Positions 17,417 through 27,317 of a stretch of 64,000 bases of DNA are shown one piece after another. The position numbers and the translations under genes are program-made. The notes beneath the pieces were generated by a model. It did not search any database, was not told where the DNA came from, and saw only the letters and a list, made by a program, of their open reading frames with translations. The stretch covers positions 350,391 through 414,390 of the forward strand of contig JADJWP010000001.1 in the NCBI GenBank assembly GCA_016716305.1, in the 5' to 3' direction. Positions within the stretch are counted from its first letter, which is position 1; each line of letters begins with the position of its first letter. The stretch is from Chloracidobacterium sp. Its GTDB lineage: Bacteria > Acidobacteriota > Blastocatellia > Pyrinomonadales > Pyrinomonadaceae.

Positions 17417-18916
17417 TCAGCGATTCGAGACCCGCCACGTAGCTGCCCAATCCCCTAGCCGCTCCGATCCCATTGCTTTCTCTTTGATTCCCGTTCGCTG
17501 TTCTGAATGACTCAGTGCAGCCGCGACCAATGCCAGATCGCGTTCGATCATGTCCGGTACATGTTCTTTGCGGCGGTCCCGAAACCCGGTGATGAATCCT
17601 GTATCCAGATCGCCGTCGATAAATACGCCATCCTCCATCACTTCGCGAAAGAAAGGCAGCGTCGTAGCGATCCCCTCGATCCGGTATTCTGATAGCGCCC
17701 TACGCATACGTTCGATCGCCTCGCGCCGGTCACGGCCGAGTACGGCGAATTTCGAGATCATCGGATCGTAATAGATCGACACCTCAGCACCTTCGTAAAC
17801 GCCACTGTCGTCACGTGTGCCCGGCCCGTGCGGAACCTTCAGCCGCGTTATGCGTCCCGGCGAAGGCATGAAGTTCTGTTCGGGATCCTCGGCATAGATT
17901 CTGCATTCTATCGCATGCCCGCGCATCACGATGTCGGCCTGCGTGAACGACAGTTCTTCGCCTGAGGCCACATTTATCTGCTCACGGACCAGATCGATCC
18001 CGGTGACCAACTCGGTGACCGGATGCTCTACCTGCAGCCGGGTATTCATTTCGAGAAAATAGAACGATCGGTCGAGGTCTGAAACAAGAAACTCCACCGT
18101 TCCCGCGCCAACGTATTTAACGGCCCGCGCGACTTGAACTGCGCACGCTCCCATCGCTTCGCGCAGTTCGGCGGAGTTTATGGGTGACGGTGCTTCCTCG
18201 ATCACCTTTTGATGACGTCGCTGGATCGAGCATTCGCGTTCACCTAGATGTACGTGATTGCCGTGCTTGTCCGAGAAGACCTGTATTTCGATATGCCGTG
18301 GCCGGACGATCGCCTTTTCGATATAGACGGCATCGTCGCCAAAACTGGCAAGCGACTCGGACTGGGCGGTTTCAAGAGCGTTCTTGAGCTCGCTTGCTTC
18401 CAGAACCAGCCTCATTCCCTTTCCGCCGCCGCCGGCCGATGCCTTTAACATCACCGGGTATCCGATCTCGGCAGCCGTCGTCGCAGCGTCGTCGAATGAT
18501 CTGAGTTTTTCGGTAGTCCCCGGAACGACCGGCACACCCGCCTCGATCGCGATCTTGCGGGCCGACATTTTGCCGCCCATTGCTTCCATTGCTTCGGGAG
18601 GCGGTCCGATAAAGACGATCCCGGCCGCAGCGACCTGGCGCGCAAAGCCCGCATTTTCGGAAAGAAATCCGTAACCCGGGTGGATCGCTTCGGACCCGGT
18701 CCTCGTCGCGACCTCGATCAACTTATCGGCGCACAAATAGCTTTGGTTCGAGGGTGCTGGCCCGATGCAAAATGCCTCATCCGCCAATCTGACATGCATC
18801 GCATCCCGATCGGCTTCCGAATAAACAGCAACAGTGGCGATCTTCATTTCGCGACACGCCCTTATCACCCGACAAGCGATCTCGCCGCGATTTGCGATCA
18901 ATATCTTCTTGAACAT
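17417..18916 (-). CDS. accC: biotin carboxylase subunit of acetyl-CoA (acyl-CoA) carboxylase
   Basis: 'MFKKILIANRGEIACRVIRACREMKIATVAVYSEADRDAMHV...', an ATP-grasp 'GGGGKGMR' motif and 'EMNTRLQVEHPVTE'. No adjacent accB. Confidence 0.92.
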   Translation of the reverse strand: MFKKILIANRGEIACRVIRACREMKIATVAVYSEADRDAMHVRLADEAFCIGPAPSNQSYLCADKLIEVATRTGSEAIHPGYGFLSENAGFARQVAAAGIVFIGPPPEAMEAMGGKMSARKIAIEAGVPVVPGTTEKLRSFDDAATTAAEIGYPVMLKASAGGGGKGMRLVLEASELKNALETAQSESLASFGDDAVYIEKAIVRPRHIEIQVFSDKHGNHVHLGERECSIQRRHQKVIEEAPSPINSAELREAMGACAVQVARAVKYVGAGTVEFLVSDLDRSFYFLEMNTRLQVEHPVTELVTGIDLVREQINVASGEELSFTQADIVMRGHAIECRIYAEDPEQNFMPSPGRITRLKVPHGPGTRDDSGVYEGAEVSIYYDPMISKFAVLGRDRREAIERMRRALSEYRIEGIATTLPFFREVMEDGVFIDGDLDTGFITGFRDRRKEHVPDMIERDLALVAAALSHSEQRTGIKEKAMGSERLGDWAATWRVSNR

Positions 18917-18953
18917 ATTAATGCTGGAAGAATCCCCGTATAAATGAGGTCCG

Positions 18954-19244
18954 CTATTCGAGCATCGAATTTCCTTGATTCTTCGGATCGTATCGAACGC
19001 CGACCTTTGCTCCAGGAGCGTACTTCAGCGGATCGGCCATCTGCTCCGCAGACAACAGTTCAGACGATTCGAAATCGACGCCATTAAGCGAATAGACGTA
19101 GAAGACAAGCTCTTCGCCGCGAGACGTGGTCTCGCTGTCGATTATGCGGCCGTCGGTTATACGTCCATTCGCGAGCAGAAAACGCCGACGCTCGCCATGA
19201 ATATCGCTCGGCCCTTTGCGTCTTAAGAAATTGAACAGCCCCAT
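18954..19244 (-). CDS. small hypothetical protein
   Basis: 96-aa ORF with protein-like composition, co-directional with and 1 nt downstream of the next gene. No family recognised. Confidence 0.45.
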   Translation of the reverse strand: MGLFNFLRRKGPSDIHGERRRFLLANGRITDGRIIDSETTSRGEELVFYVYSLNGVDFESSELLSAEQMADPLKYAPGAKVGVRYDPKNQGNSMLE

Positions 19245-19245
19245 G

Positions 19246-19674
19246 CTAGTCGACGGTCAGCGGCGGTTTATTGAACCTCGCCCTCAATTTATTAGCAGCG
19301 GAAAGCACTGCCGGTCTTTGAATGATCCGCGCCTCGAGCGGACGTTTGCCCGGAATATCGAGCATTATCAGCCCGAGCAAGATCGTGAGTACTCCCTGTC
19401 CGGGCACACCCGGCAACGATAGCGCAATACCGAGCAAAATAAGAAAAACGCCGAATACGTTTTTCAAGATCACTGCTCCCCAGCGGACGATCCACGGACT
19501 ATCGGGCAGAAAATCAGCCTTATAATGGCTGCTAAAATAATTGGCCGGCAGTTTGACGAGCACGACCGCGATCGCAGCGAAACTGAAAGTAAGCGATAAA
19601 AGAAAGACACCGACCCCGAAAAGCACGTTTCCCAGAGTTAACGAGGCTAGAAATTCAGAAAGCCCATCGATCAT
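19246..19674 (-). CDS. PGPGW-family small membrane protein
   Basis: Three TM segments and the diagnostic 'LSLPGVPGQGVLTILLGLIMLDIPGKRP' motif. Its start overlaps the upstream gene's stop by 4 nt. Confidence 0.65.
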   Translation of the reverse strand: MIDGLSEFLASLTLGNVLFGVGVFLLSLTFSFAAIAVVLVKLPANYFSSHYKADFLPDSPWIVRWGAVILKNVFGVFLILLGIALSLPGVPGQGVLTILLGLIMLDIPGKRPLEARIIQRPAVLSAANKLRARFNKPPLTVD

Positions 19675-20315
19675 CTCAGCTCTCCCTCAGTCTCCAAACG
19701 TCGAAACTCTGTCCAAATAAAGTACATTCGGTGGACGAGCGTCCAGATAGAACCAACGGCCAGTACCCACAACACTTGCGGCATCCGGTTGAACCAGTAT
19801 ACTTCTGAGTTCCAATCCCAGGTCGACAGCGCACCGATGATCAGCAGCACGATCCTCTCCGGACGCTGCAAAAAACCAACGTTCGCTTTGACGCCCAAGC
19901 TCTCCGACCGGGCCGTCGTATAACTCACCATTACGGATCCGATCATAGCGACGCCGCCCAAGATCACGTTCAGGAGCGAATGCTGCGGCGTGTTGCTGGC
20001 ATAAAAGACCATGATGCCCAGAAAAGCGACCATGTCCGACAGACGATCAAGTGAAGAATCAAGAAACCCGCCAAACTTGGTAACGTTCCCTGTGAGACGA
20101 GCGACGTTACCGTCGAGCATGTCAAAGATGTTTGCGATTATCAGAACGACACCGGCGTAGAAAAACTCGCCCATCCCGAAAAGAATGCCGCAAAAGACAT
20201 TGATGGAGACACCGATGGTCGTCAAGATGTTCGGCGGGACTCCAAGCGAAGCAAGGCCGCGAACCATCGCGTTGATGATCCACATTGCTCCCCGACCTAT
20301 ACCTTCTCCTAGCAT
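19671..20315 (-). CDS. CDP-alcohol phosphatidyltransferase family protein
   Basis: 'DMLDGNVARLTGNVTKFGGFLDSSLDRLSD' matches the D-x2-DG-x2-AR-x8-G-x3-D-x3-D motif. Multi-pass membrane protein. Confidence 0.85.
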   Translation of the reverse strand: MLGEGIGRGAMWIINAMVRGLASLGVPPNILTTIGVSINVFCGILFGMGEFFYAGVVLIIANIFDMLDGNVARLTGNVTKFGGFLDSSLDRLSDMVAFLGIMVFYASNTPQHSLLNVILGGVAMIGSVMVSYTTARSESLGVKANVGFLQRPERIVLLIIGALSTWDWNSEVYWFNRMPQVLWVLAVGSIWTLVHRMYFIWTEFRRLETEGELR

Positions 20316-20369
20316 CCTGGTTGCGTCGCCTGTTTTTCCGGGACTGACAGACGCTCAATACTCCGTTCG

Positions 20370-20843
20370 TTATTCCTGTTCGTGGATCGTCGTCAGGCGG
20401 CTGATCTCGAAATTACGCCAACCCGTCGGCGTCTTGACCCTCACCTCATCGCCCTCCTCTTTGCCCATCAGTGCTTGCCCGATCGGCGAAAGGGTTGAGA
20501 TAAGGCCGTTTTCGGGGTCGCTTTCTTCCGAACTCACCAACCGATAGGTGATCTTCTCTTCTTTTTCTATTTCAAAGAGAACGACGCTCGAACCATATGC
20601 CACGCGGTCGGTCGGCAAACGTGTCAGATCGATCGATTCGACCTCGGTCAGCCTTTGACGCACCTGCATTATTCGGGCCTGGACGATCGACTGCCGCTCC
20701 ATTGCCGCTTTGTATTCCGCGTTTTCACGCAAGTCGCCAAACTCACGTGCCTTCTGGATCTCTTTCGGCAGCCTGAAATGCAGTTCATCTTCCAATGCAT
20801 CCAGTTCTGCCTTTAGCTTTGCTTTTACTTCTTCCATATTCAA
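20370..20843 (-). CDS. greA: transcription elongation factor GreA
   Basis: 157 aa. N-terminal coiled coil 'REFGDLRENAEYKAAMERQ' and a C-terminal FKBP-like 'VTYRLV...E.D...G.IS..SPIGQALMGK..GD'. Confidence 0.92.
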   Translation of the reverse strand: MNMEEVKAKLKAELDALEDELHFRLPKEIQKAREFGDLRENAEYKAAMERQSIVQARIMQVRQRLTEVESIDLTRLPTDRVAYGSSVVLFEIEKEEKITYRLVSSEESDPENGLISTLSPIGQALMGKEEGDEVRVKTPTGWRNFEISRLTTIHEQE

Positions 20844-20871
20844 ACTTCTTCGCTACTGATGTCGTGCCGAA

Positions 20872-21957
20872 CTAAAGATCTGATTCCTTGGGCGCCGCAA
20901 ACGAAATTCCGATATCTCGAGCCGTCCGAACCAACTGACCGTCGATCGGTACAGTCTTGATATTCGCGCATGCCTCTGAAAGCGGGACCGTTACGATCGT
21001 GCCGGCCTGCAGCGCGACCATTTTTCCCGTCTGCCCATTCGCAAGAGCCCTGACCGCACAGGCCCCAAAATTGGTCCCGAGCATTCGATCGAACGCGTTC
21101 GGGCTCCCGCCCCGCTGAAGATGGCCAAGGACGACACAACGGGCTTCTTTCGAGGTCAACTCTTCCACTTTACGACGCACGTAATCGCCTACGCCGCCGA
21201 GCCTCAAATTGCCGCTATCGGCATACATTTCCTTTTTGCCCACTTCTGTCGCACCTTCGGCAACGACGATGTTGGTGAACCGCGAACCTTGTTTTTCGCG
21301 TTCGTTGACCTTTCTCAGCACCGATTCGAAAGAGAACGGGATCTCGGGGATCAGGATTATGTCGGCACTGCCCGCCAAGCCCGTGTGAAGAGCGATCCAG
21401 CCGGTATTCCGGCCCATCACCTCGAGGATCATGACCCGGTCATGCGACGCCGCGGTCGTGTGGAGCCGGTCCAAGGCCTCCGTCGCGACGTCGATCGCGG
21501 TCATGAAACCGAACGTCAACTCTGTCGCCGCCAGGTCATTATCGATCGTTTTCGGGACCCCGATCACGGGAAATCCGCGATTGTGAAATTGCTCTGCGAT
21601 CGCAAGCGTTCCTTCACCGCCTAAAACGATCAGTGCCTCGATCCCGAGAATGTCCAGATTCGCCAATGCCTCGGCGATAGGCATTTCCGGAAAGAAAGGC
21701 TGTCCGTCGGTCATCTTAACAAAGCTTCCCTTGTTCCGGGTGCCAAGGATAGTGCCGCCGCGAGGCAATATTCCGCTCACGCTTCGCGGCGTAAGCTTCA
21801 TCGTTTGGGTCTCACCGAGTATGCCTTCAAAGCTGTCCTCGATCCCGATGACCTTCATTCCAAATTCGCCCACGGCAGTTCTGACCACCGCGCGTATAAC
21901 CGCGTTGAGGCCAGGTGCGTCGCCGCCGCCGGTCAATATGCCTATCTGTTTGTACAT
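20872..21957 (-). CDS. pfkA: 6-phosphofructokinase
   Basis: 'IGILTGGGDAPGLNAVIRAVV', 'VIGVPKTIDNDL' and 'MGRNTGWIAL'. The phosphoryl donor (ATP vs PPi) cannot be decided from sequence alone. Confidence 0.9.
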   Translation of the reverse strand: MYKQIGILTGGGDAPGLNAVIRAVVRTAVGEFGMKVIGIEDSFEGILGETQTMKLTPRSVSGILPRGGTILGTRNKGSFVKMTDGQPFFPEMPIAEALANLDILGIEALIVLGGEGTLAIAEQFHNRGFPVIGVPKTIDNDLAATELTFGFMTAIDVATEALDRLHTTAASHDRVMILEVMGRNTGWIALHTGLAGSADIILIPEIPFSFESVLRKVNEREKQGSRFTNIVVAEGATEVGKKEMYADSGNLRLGGVGDYVRRKVEELTSKEARCVVLGHLQRGGSPNAFDRMLGTNFGACAVRALANGQTGKMVALQAGTIVTVPLSEACANIKTVPIDGQLVRTARDIGISFAAPKESDL

Positions 21958-22100
21958 AAAACCCTTAAGTGCAGGTCAAACAAGCATTTTACTTCAACGC
22001 AGCCGAAAACTTAAGAGCCGAATGAGGCGGCTAGGCAAAAAAGCAAACGGACGAACCGGCTGAACCAAGTTCGTCCATCTGTTGACCGCTTGAAAATATC

Positions 22101-23735
22101 CTATTTCTTCGCGAGGTATCGCTCGACCATCTTCTTGGCGTCAGGCATCACCTCGATCGCCCTGAGGACCTGCGGGTCGCTTTCGAGCAGAACCTGAATA
22201 CCGGCTTCGTTCGAAAAATTGGCCGTCGCCAATTCCTGTCGGATCCGCGTTCTTGCATAATCCGCATTTGCTTTGATGTTCTCTGCTGATAGACCATTGT
22301 CCTTGTTCGCGAGGACAAATGCCTCAAATGACTCGAAGAGCTTATCGGTGACCCGAAACGCATCCGAAGATATCGACCATTGATGGTTCTGTTTCTCTAC
22401 GCGATACGATTCCTGGCCGGCGATCTTGCCCGCGACGAGCTGTCGTACAAAATAGAACGCAGCATCGTTGATCCTGAACCGAAGCGGCGTAAACTCAGGT
22501 GCGGCAACAACAACGTCCGGCTCTATCCCCCTGCCGCCCATCAGCACGCGTCCGTCAGGTAAGGTCACCGGCGAACCCGCAGGTTTCGGTTTTGGGGCTT
22601 CGCCCGATCCATTTGCCTCGCCGTTCGTATGCGTGAAATATTCATAGATCGAACCGTTCGAATAATCACGCTGGAGCGATCGGCCGAATGGCGTGTAATA
22701 CCGTGCCGTCGTCAACGTCAAACCCGTCCCGTAAGGCAATGGGAACACGCGTTGAACCAGCCCCTTGCCAAAGCTCTCAGAGCCGACTATCAGGCCGCGG
22801 CTATAATCCTGAATTGCTCCGGCGACTATCTCGGACGCCGATGCAGATCCGCCATTGACGAGAACGACCAACGGAGACCGGTCCTGTTGACTCCCTTTTG
22901 AACGCAGTTCCTGGCTTACTGCATAACGCGATCTGCCCTTGACCGAAACGACCGTCTGTCCGCTTGGAACGAACCGGCTGACCACCTCGATAGCTTGCGG
23001 CAGCAATCCGCCCGGATTTCCGCGGACATCGAGGATAAGGCTGTTCATGCCTTGCTTTTGAAGCGTGGCGATCGCATCGTTCAACTCGGCCGCTGTAGTC
23101 TCCTGAAATCCGCCGGTCAGCCCGATATAGCCGACATTATTGGGCAACATGAAATAATTTCTGATCGAGGGCAGCGGCACGCCGCCTCGAACCAGTTCAA
23201 GCTCGATCGGCGCGTTCGAGGCCGCGCGTTCGATCTTGATCTTTACCGGTGTTCCCCGTTCGCCGCGTACATTTTTTGAAACCTCTGCGCTCGTCCATTC
23301 TTTGGCGTTCTTTCCGTCCACCTCGAGAAACCGGTCGCCATAACGGACGCCGGCCTTGTCTGCCGGAGTGCCGGGTATCACGCTCTGGACATAGACACCG
23401 TCACGATGCTGGAGTATCGAAACGCCGATGCCATAAAACTGCGATGCCTGTTCTTCGTATAGTTTTCGGAATTCCTCGCGTGTAAAGAACTGCGAATGCG
23501 GATCGAGCGACCACAGCATTCCCTGAATCGACGAATCCGACAGTTGCTCGTAATTGATCGTACCGCCGTAGTTTTTCTGCATCACATCGACGGCCTCGCG
23601 GTAATCGGCGACGATCTTACCGGTGGTCACGCTGCTGTCAGCCGACGTGGAAGCCGGAAACTTCCCGAAAAGGCCGCCAAGGAGGGCTCCGAATCCGATG
23701 GTTACTAGTGCACAGGCTGCGAATTTACCTTTCAT
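22101..23735 (-). CDS. S41 family C-terminal processing peptidase with a PDZ domain
   Basis: PDZ segment 'GTPADKAGVRYGDRFLEVDG'. S41 core 'LILDVRGNPGGLL...', 'NGGSASASEI' and 'G..SFGKGLVQ'. Confidence 0.9.
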   Translation of the reverse strand: MKGKFAACALVTIGFGALLGGLFGKFPASTSADSSVTTGKIVADYREAVDVMQKNYGGTINYEQLSDSSIQGMLWSLDPHSQFFTREEFRKLYEEQASQFYGIGVSILQHRDGVYVQSVIPGTPADKAGVRYGDRFLEVDGKNAKEWTSAEVSKNVRGERGTPVKIKIERAASNAPIELELVRGGVPLPSIRNYFMLPNNVGYIGLTGGFQETTAAELNDAIATLQKQGMNSLILDVRGNPGGLLPQAIEVVSRFVPSGQTVVSVKGRSRYAVSQELRSKGSQQDRSPLVVLVNGGSASASEIVAGAIQDYSRGLIVGSESFGKGLVQRVFPLPYGTGLTLTTARYYTPFGRSLQRDYSNGSIYEYFTHTNGEANGSGEAPKPKPAGSPVTLPDGRVLMGGRGIEPDVVVAAPEFTPLRFRINDAAFYFVRQLVAGKIAGQESYRVEKQNHQWSISSDAFRVTDKLFESFEAFVLANKDNGLSAENIKANADYARTRIRQELATANFSNEAGIQVLLESDPQVLRAIEVMPDAKKMVERYLAKK

Positions 23736-23955
23736 TGCTAAATACTACAAACTTCATAATCATACCATATCTTTGTGTCCGTAAATTGAATTCACGTTGC
23801 CGTAGATTCTGGTGAAATTCTGTCGGAAATCAGGGTGCATAACGCCGGCCAAAAATTCCTGGAGCTTTTGCAGCACGTACCGACCCGGGCCGTGCAGAAC
23901 ATATACGTTCGTGTTTTACTTTAGTTTAGCGAAGCCCTAACATTGTGATTTTTGG

Positions 23956-24705
23956 ATGAATCAAAAGACCTCGATTGTCATACCCGCATTTAATGAAGAA
24001 GACCGTGTTGGCGCTTCGATATCGACGATTCTCGCGTATATCAATGCGAACGGGATCAATGCAGAACTGATCGTTGTCGACGATGGATCGAGTGACAGAA
24101 CTTCTGAGACCGCCGAGGCCGCCTGCAGCAAGTTTCCAGAGATACCTTCGCGCGTTATCCGCTACGAGCCGAATCGCGGTAAAGGCTTTGCCGTGAAGAC
24201 CGGGATTCTCGCGGCCGAAGGCGAGATTGCACTTTTTTCCGATGCAGACCTGTCGACGCCCATCGAAGAGATGCCAAAACTCGTCGACCCGATAAAGGCC
24301 GGCGATCTGGACGTCACTCTGGGTTCGCGTGCGCTCGACCGCTCATTGATCGGTACGCATCAGCCATGGCGGCGTGAGCAGGGCGGAAAGGTCTTCAATC
24401 TGGTCGTCAGACTGATGACGGGAATGCCTTTTTGGGATACGCAGTGTGGGTTCAAAGCTTTCAACGTCGCGAAGTTTCGTCCGTTGCTCGATATGATGCA
24501 GATCGAACGGTTCGGATTTGACGTCGAGTTCCTGTATGTCGCCCAGCTGCACGGCCTTAGGCTAAAAGAGATCCCGGTCCGTTGGAACAACGACGACCGC
24601 AGCAAAGTAAATGTACTCCGCGACAGCATCCGTATGTTTGACGAGGTGCGTCAAATCAGGCGCAATGCCAGAAAGGGAGTTTACGGCAATGTCAGCACGC
24701 CTTAA
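23956..24705 (+). CDS. family-2 glycosyltransferase (dolichyl/polyprenyl-phosphate hexosyltransferase-like)
   Basis: '[13 protein letters not shown]', '[12 protein letters not shown]', 'NRGKGFAV' and 'FSDADLS', the classic GT2 DxD architecture. Confidence 0.85.
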   Translation: MNQKTSIVIPAFNEEDRVGASISTILAYINANGINAELIVVDDGSSDRTSETAEAACSKFPEIPSRVIRYEPNRGKGFAVKTGILAAEGEIALFSDADLSTPIEEMPKLVDPIKAGDLDVTLGSRALDRSLIGTHQPWRREQGGKVFNLVVRLMTGMPFWDTQCGFKAFNVAKFRPLLDMMQIERFGFDVEFLYVAQLHGLRLKEIPVRWNNDDRSKVNVLRDSIRMFDEVRQIRRNARKGVYGNVSTP

Positions 24706-25432
24706 CGTCAACATCGATCACGTCGCGACCATTCGCGAAGCCCGCAAGACCATCGAGCCAAGCATCATCACCGCCGCGGTCATTTGCGAACAGGCAGGAG
24801 CCAACGGCATCACGGTCCATCTCCGCGGCGACCGCCGTCACATACAGGACCGCGACATCGAGCTGCTCCGCGACGTCGTCACGACCTATTTGAACGTCGA
24901 GATGGCCGCGACCGAGGAGATGCTTACCATCGCCGAACGCACACGGCCTGACGCTGTCTCGCTTGTCCCCGAAAAGCCAAATGAAGTGACCACCGAAGGC
25001 GGGCTGGATGTCATCGGCAATCTTGAGGCGATCAAGAACGCCGTCGAGCGCCTAAAAGCGGCGGGCGTTTTTGTCAGCATCTTCATCGACCCCGCGACCG
25101 ATCAGATCGAGGCCGCAAAGAACGCCGGCGCTCAGCAGGTCGAGCTCTGCACCGGCGAATATGCCGAACTCACACTCGGCTCGCGGGCGATGCATGGCGA
25201 CGGCGAACGCCGCGCCGCCGCCGAGGTCGAACGGATTCGCACCGCCGCCGTCCACGCCCGCTCGCTCGGTCTCATTGTTGCTGCCGGCCATGGGCTCACC
25301 TATCGAAACATCGCCGCCCTCGCCGCCATTCCCGAAATAACCGAGTTCAACATCGGCCACAACATCATCTCGCGCTCGGTCTTTGTTGGGTTGAATCGGG
25401 CAGTAAGAGAAATGATAGATGCGATCACGTAG
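24689..25432 (+). CDS. pdxJ: pyridoxine 5'-phosphate synthase
   Basis: From the internal ATG: '[20 protein letters not shown]...[16 protein letters not shown]...[14 protein letters not shown]...ELCTG.YA...AGHGL...[10 protein letters not shown]'. Confidence 0.92.
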   Translation: MSARLNVNIDHVATIREARKTIEPSIITAAVICEQAGANGITVHLRGDRRHIQDRDIELLRDVVTTYLNVEMAATEEMLTIAERTRPDAVSLVPEKPNEVTTEGGLDVIGNLEAIKNAVERLKAAGVFVSIFIDPATDQIEAAKNAGAQQVELCTGEYAELTLGSRAMHGDGERRAAAEVERIRTAAVHARSLGLIVAAGHGLTYRNIAALAAIPEITEFNIGHNIISRSVFVGLNRAVREMIDAIT

Positions 25433-25438
25433 CATGTT

Positions 25439-26368
25439 ATGGTCAAACCCGCAGGCATAATTATCATCACGATCTTGATGCTATTTGCTGGAAAGGGATT
25501 TGCCTGCCTTTGGCCGGTGGGCGAGCGATATACGGTAGGAAAGCCTATCGACCTCGAAAACGTTAGCGAAACCGAGTACATTCGGCGATTGACTACAACT
25601 GACTCCCGGGAGTACTGGGACGACCTTCTTAAACAGCTATATGATCAAAAGAAGAAAGAAGCGATGATCGATGTCGAAACCAATATCGCCGTTGCTTTAG
25701 TTCATCTAGGTCAATATCAAGAAGCACTTAAAATATTCAAGGGGGAGGAACGGTCTTATAAGGCCTATAACACAGCGGCAAATATTGGGACTACGTACGA
25801 GTTGTTGGGTCAGAATGATAAGGCATTGCACTGGATAAAAGAGGGACTCACCCGAGATCCCGGTTCCCATTATCGAACCGAATGGCTCCACGTCAAAATC
25901 CTCGAAGCCAAGATCGCATTAGAAAGGGACCCAAAATGGTTGGAAAAGAACACCGTTTTAGGAATTGATTGGGAGTCCGTAAATCGCAATCCGTCAGCGG
26001 AACTTACGGTGACCGACCATCGAGGACAAGTAAAGTCGGCAAAAGAGATCGAAGACGCTCTTGCATATCAGTTGCACGAGCGTATGGAATTTGTAAAACC
26101 ACCGGATCAGGTCGTTGCTCAGTTGCTGTTCGATCTAAGCAATGTCCTTAGAAGGTCAAGATCATCCGAACACGCCACAGCCGTCCATAAGCTTGCGATA
26201 GATTACGGACATAAATCCATTCTGCCAGCCGTAGCCGCTCCCGTAAAAACAGATTTGGAAGCTCCAACTGTGGTTCCGGCAAGGTTTTCCGGTTTCACCG
26301 TCGTTGGAGCTTCCGTCCTGGCAGTCGTACTTTTAGCAACTGGCTATTATTTTTGCCGACGCCGATAA
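25439..26368 (+). CDS. TPR-containing protein with an N-terminal signal/anchor and a C-terminal TM helix
   Basis: 'ALVHLGQYQEALKIF...NIGTTYELLGQNDKALHWIKEGLTRDP' is TPR-like. C-terminal segment 'FTVVGASVLAVVLLATGYYFCRRR'. Confidence 0.5.
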   Translation: MVKPAGIIIITILMLFAGKGFACLWPVGERYTVGKPIDLENVSETEYIRRLTTTDSREYWDDLLKQLYDQKKKEAMIDVETNIAVALVHLGQYQEALKIFKGEERSYKAYNTAANIGTTYELLGQNDKALHWIKEGLTRDPGSHYRTEWLHVKILEAKIALERDPKWLEKNTVLGIDWESVNRNPSAELTVTDHRGQVKSAKEIEDALAYQLHERMEFVKPPDQVVAQLLFDLSNVLRRSRSSEHATAVHKLAIDYGHKSILPAVAAPVKTDLEAPTVVPARFSGFTVVGASVLAVVLLATGYYFCRRR

Positions 26369-26374
26369 AGCTGC

Positions 26375-27181
26375 TTACTTCGGAGCCGCCCCGGTCACAG
26401 TAAACTTCATGTCCTGCGAAGTTTGCGAGAGCTTGCGATCATTTGCGTTGAACGCCTCGACCTTGGCGGTGTAGTTTCCTGGAACCAAAGGCTTGTCAAG
26501 ACTTACCGACGTACCATCCACGCGTTTGCTTATATAATCAAAATTGGTCTCAGCTCCGCTGGCGCTATCAGCATGAATGCTGTATTTGTAATAAGCCGCG
26601 TCCGGATATGCGTCCCACTTTATCTCGATACCCGCAGCTGCGACTTTTGAACCAGCTTTGGGGCTCACCAGCTTTAAGTCATTCTTGTAGAGGTGCGTAT
26701 CCGGAGCAAAAAAAGTCTTACCGTCCTCGATATTGTATTTTGCCGCAGAAATGATGCCTGAGGTAGCAAAAACAAAATAGGGTGTATCAAAAACCTTGAC
26801 CGTAAGCCCTTCATAAATACCAGGGGGAACATCTTTTATCAAATACTCTCCTGAATCATCTGTTTTAGTGGTCAATGCATCTGCGCCGCAGCCGCCCATA
26901 TACTGGTTGAAAGTTTTACAAAGCTTGACCTCTACTCCAGCCGCCGGCTTTTCGTTAAAGAATGCCTTACCTTGAACATTTGCTTTTCCGGCAGCTGGCT
27001 TCTCCTTTTCGACCCCAGTGCCTGATGGGATGGTTCCGTCTTTGTTTGGTTGTACGGCCGCTTTGTTCGAATTCGCCGATGCAGAACTGGCATTAGTTTG
27101 GCTGGGATCAGATCCACAACCTCCAGTGATCAACGAAACCACTACAAACCCTACACACGCTAACGTATTTACTCTCGACAT
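26375..27181 (-). CDS. lipoprotein of unknown function
   Basis: Lipobox 'VVVSLITGGCGSD' and a low-complexity linker. 'VEVKLC...TTKTDDSGEYLIKDVPPGIYE' resembles a CarboxypepD_reg-like beta-sandwich. Confidence 0.55.
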   Translation of the reverse strand: MSRVNTLACVGFVVVSLITGGCGSDPSQTNASSASANSNKAAVQPNKDGTIPSGTGVEKEKPAAGKANVQGKAFFNEKPAAGVEVKLCKTFNQYMGGCGADALTTKTDDSGEYLIKDVPPGIYEGLTVKVFDTPYFVFATSGIISAAKYNIEDGKTFFAPDTHLYKNDLKLVSPKAGSKVAAAGIEIKWDAYPDAAYYKYSIHADSASGAETNFDYISKRVDGTSVSLDKPLVPGNYTAKVEAFNANDRKLSQTSQDMKFTVTGAAPK

Positions 27182-27317
27182 TGGTCTTTACTCCATTAAG
27201 CTGAGGGAAAGGCAAACAAACGGTCACACCCGTTTTCCAAGCATTATAGGTTTGAACGCGTTAAGCGCAAAGTTATTGCACGGGCAGAGTCTGTAGTCCG
27301 GACGCCGTTGGAAAACT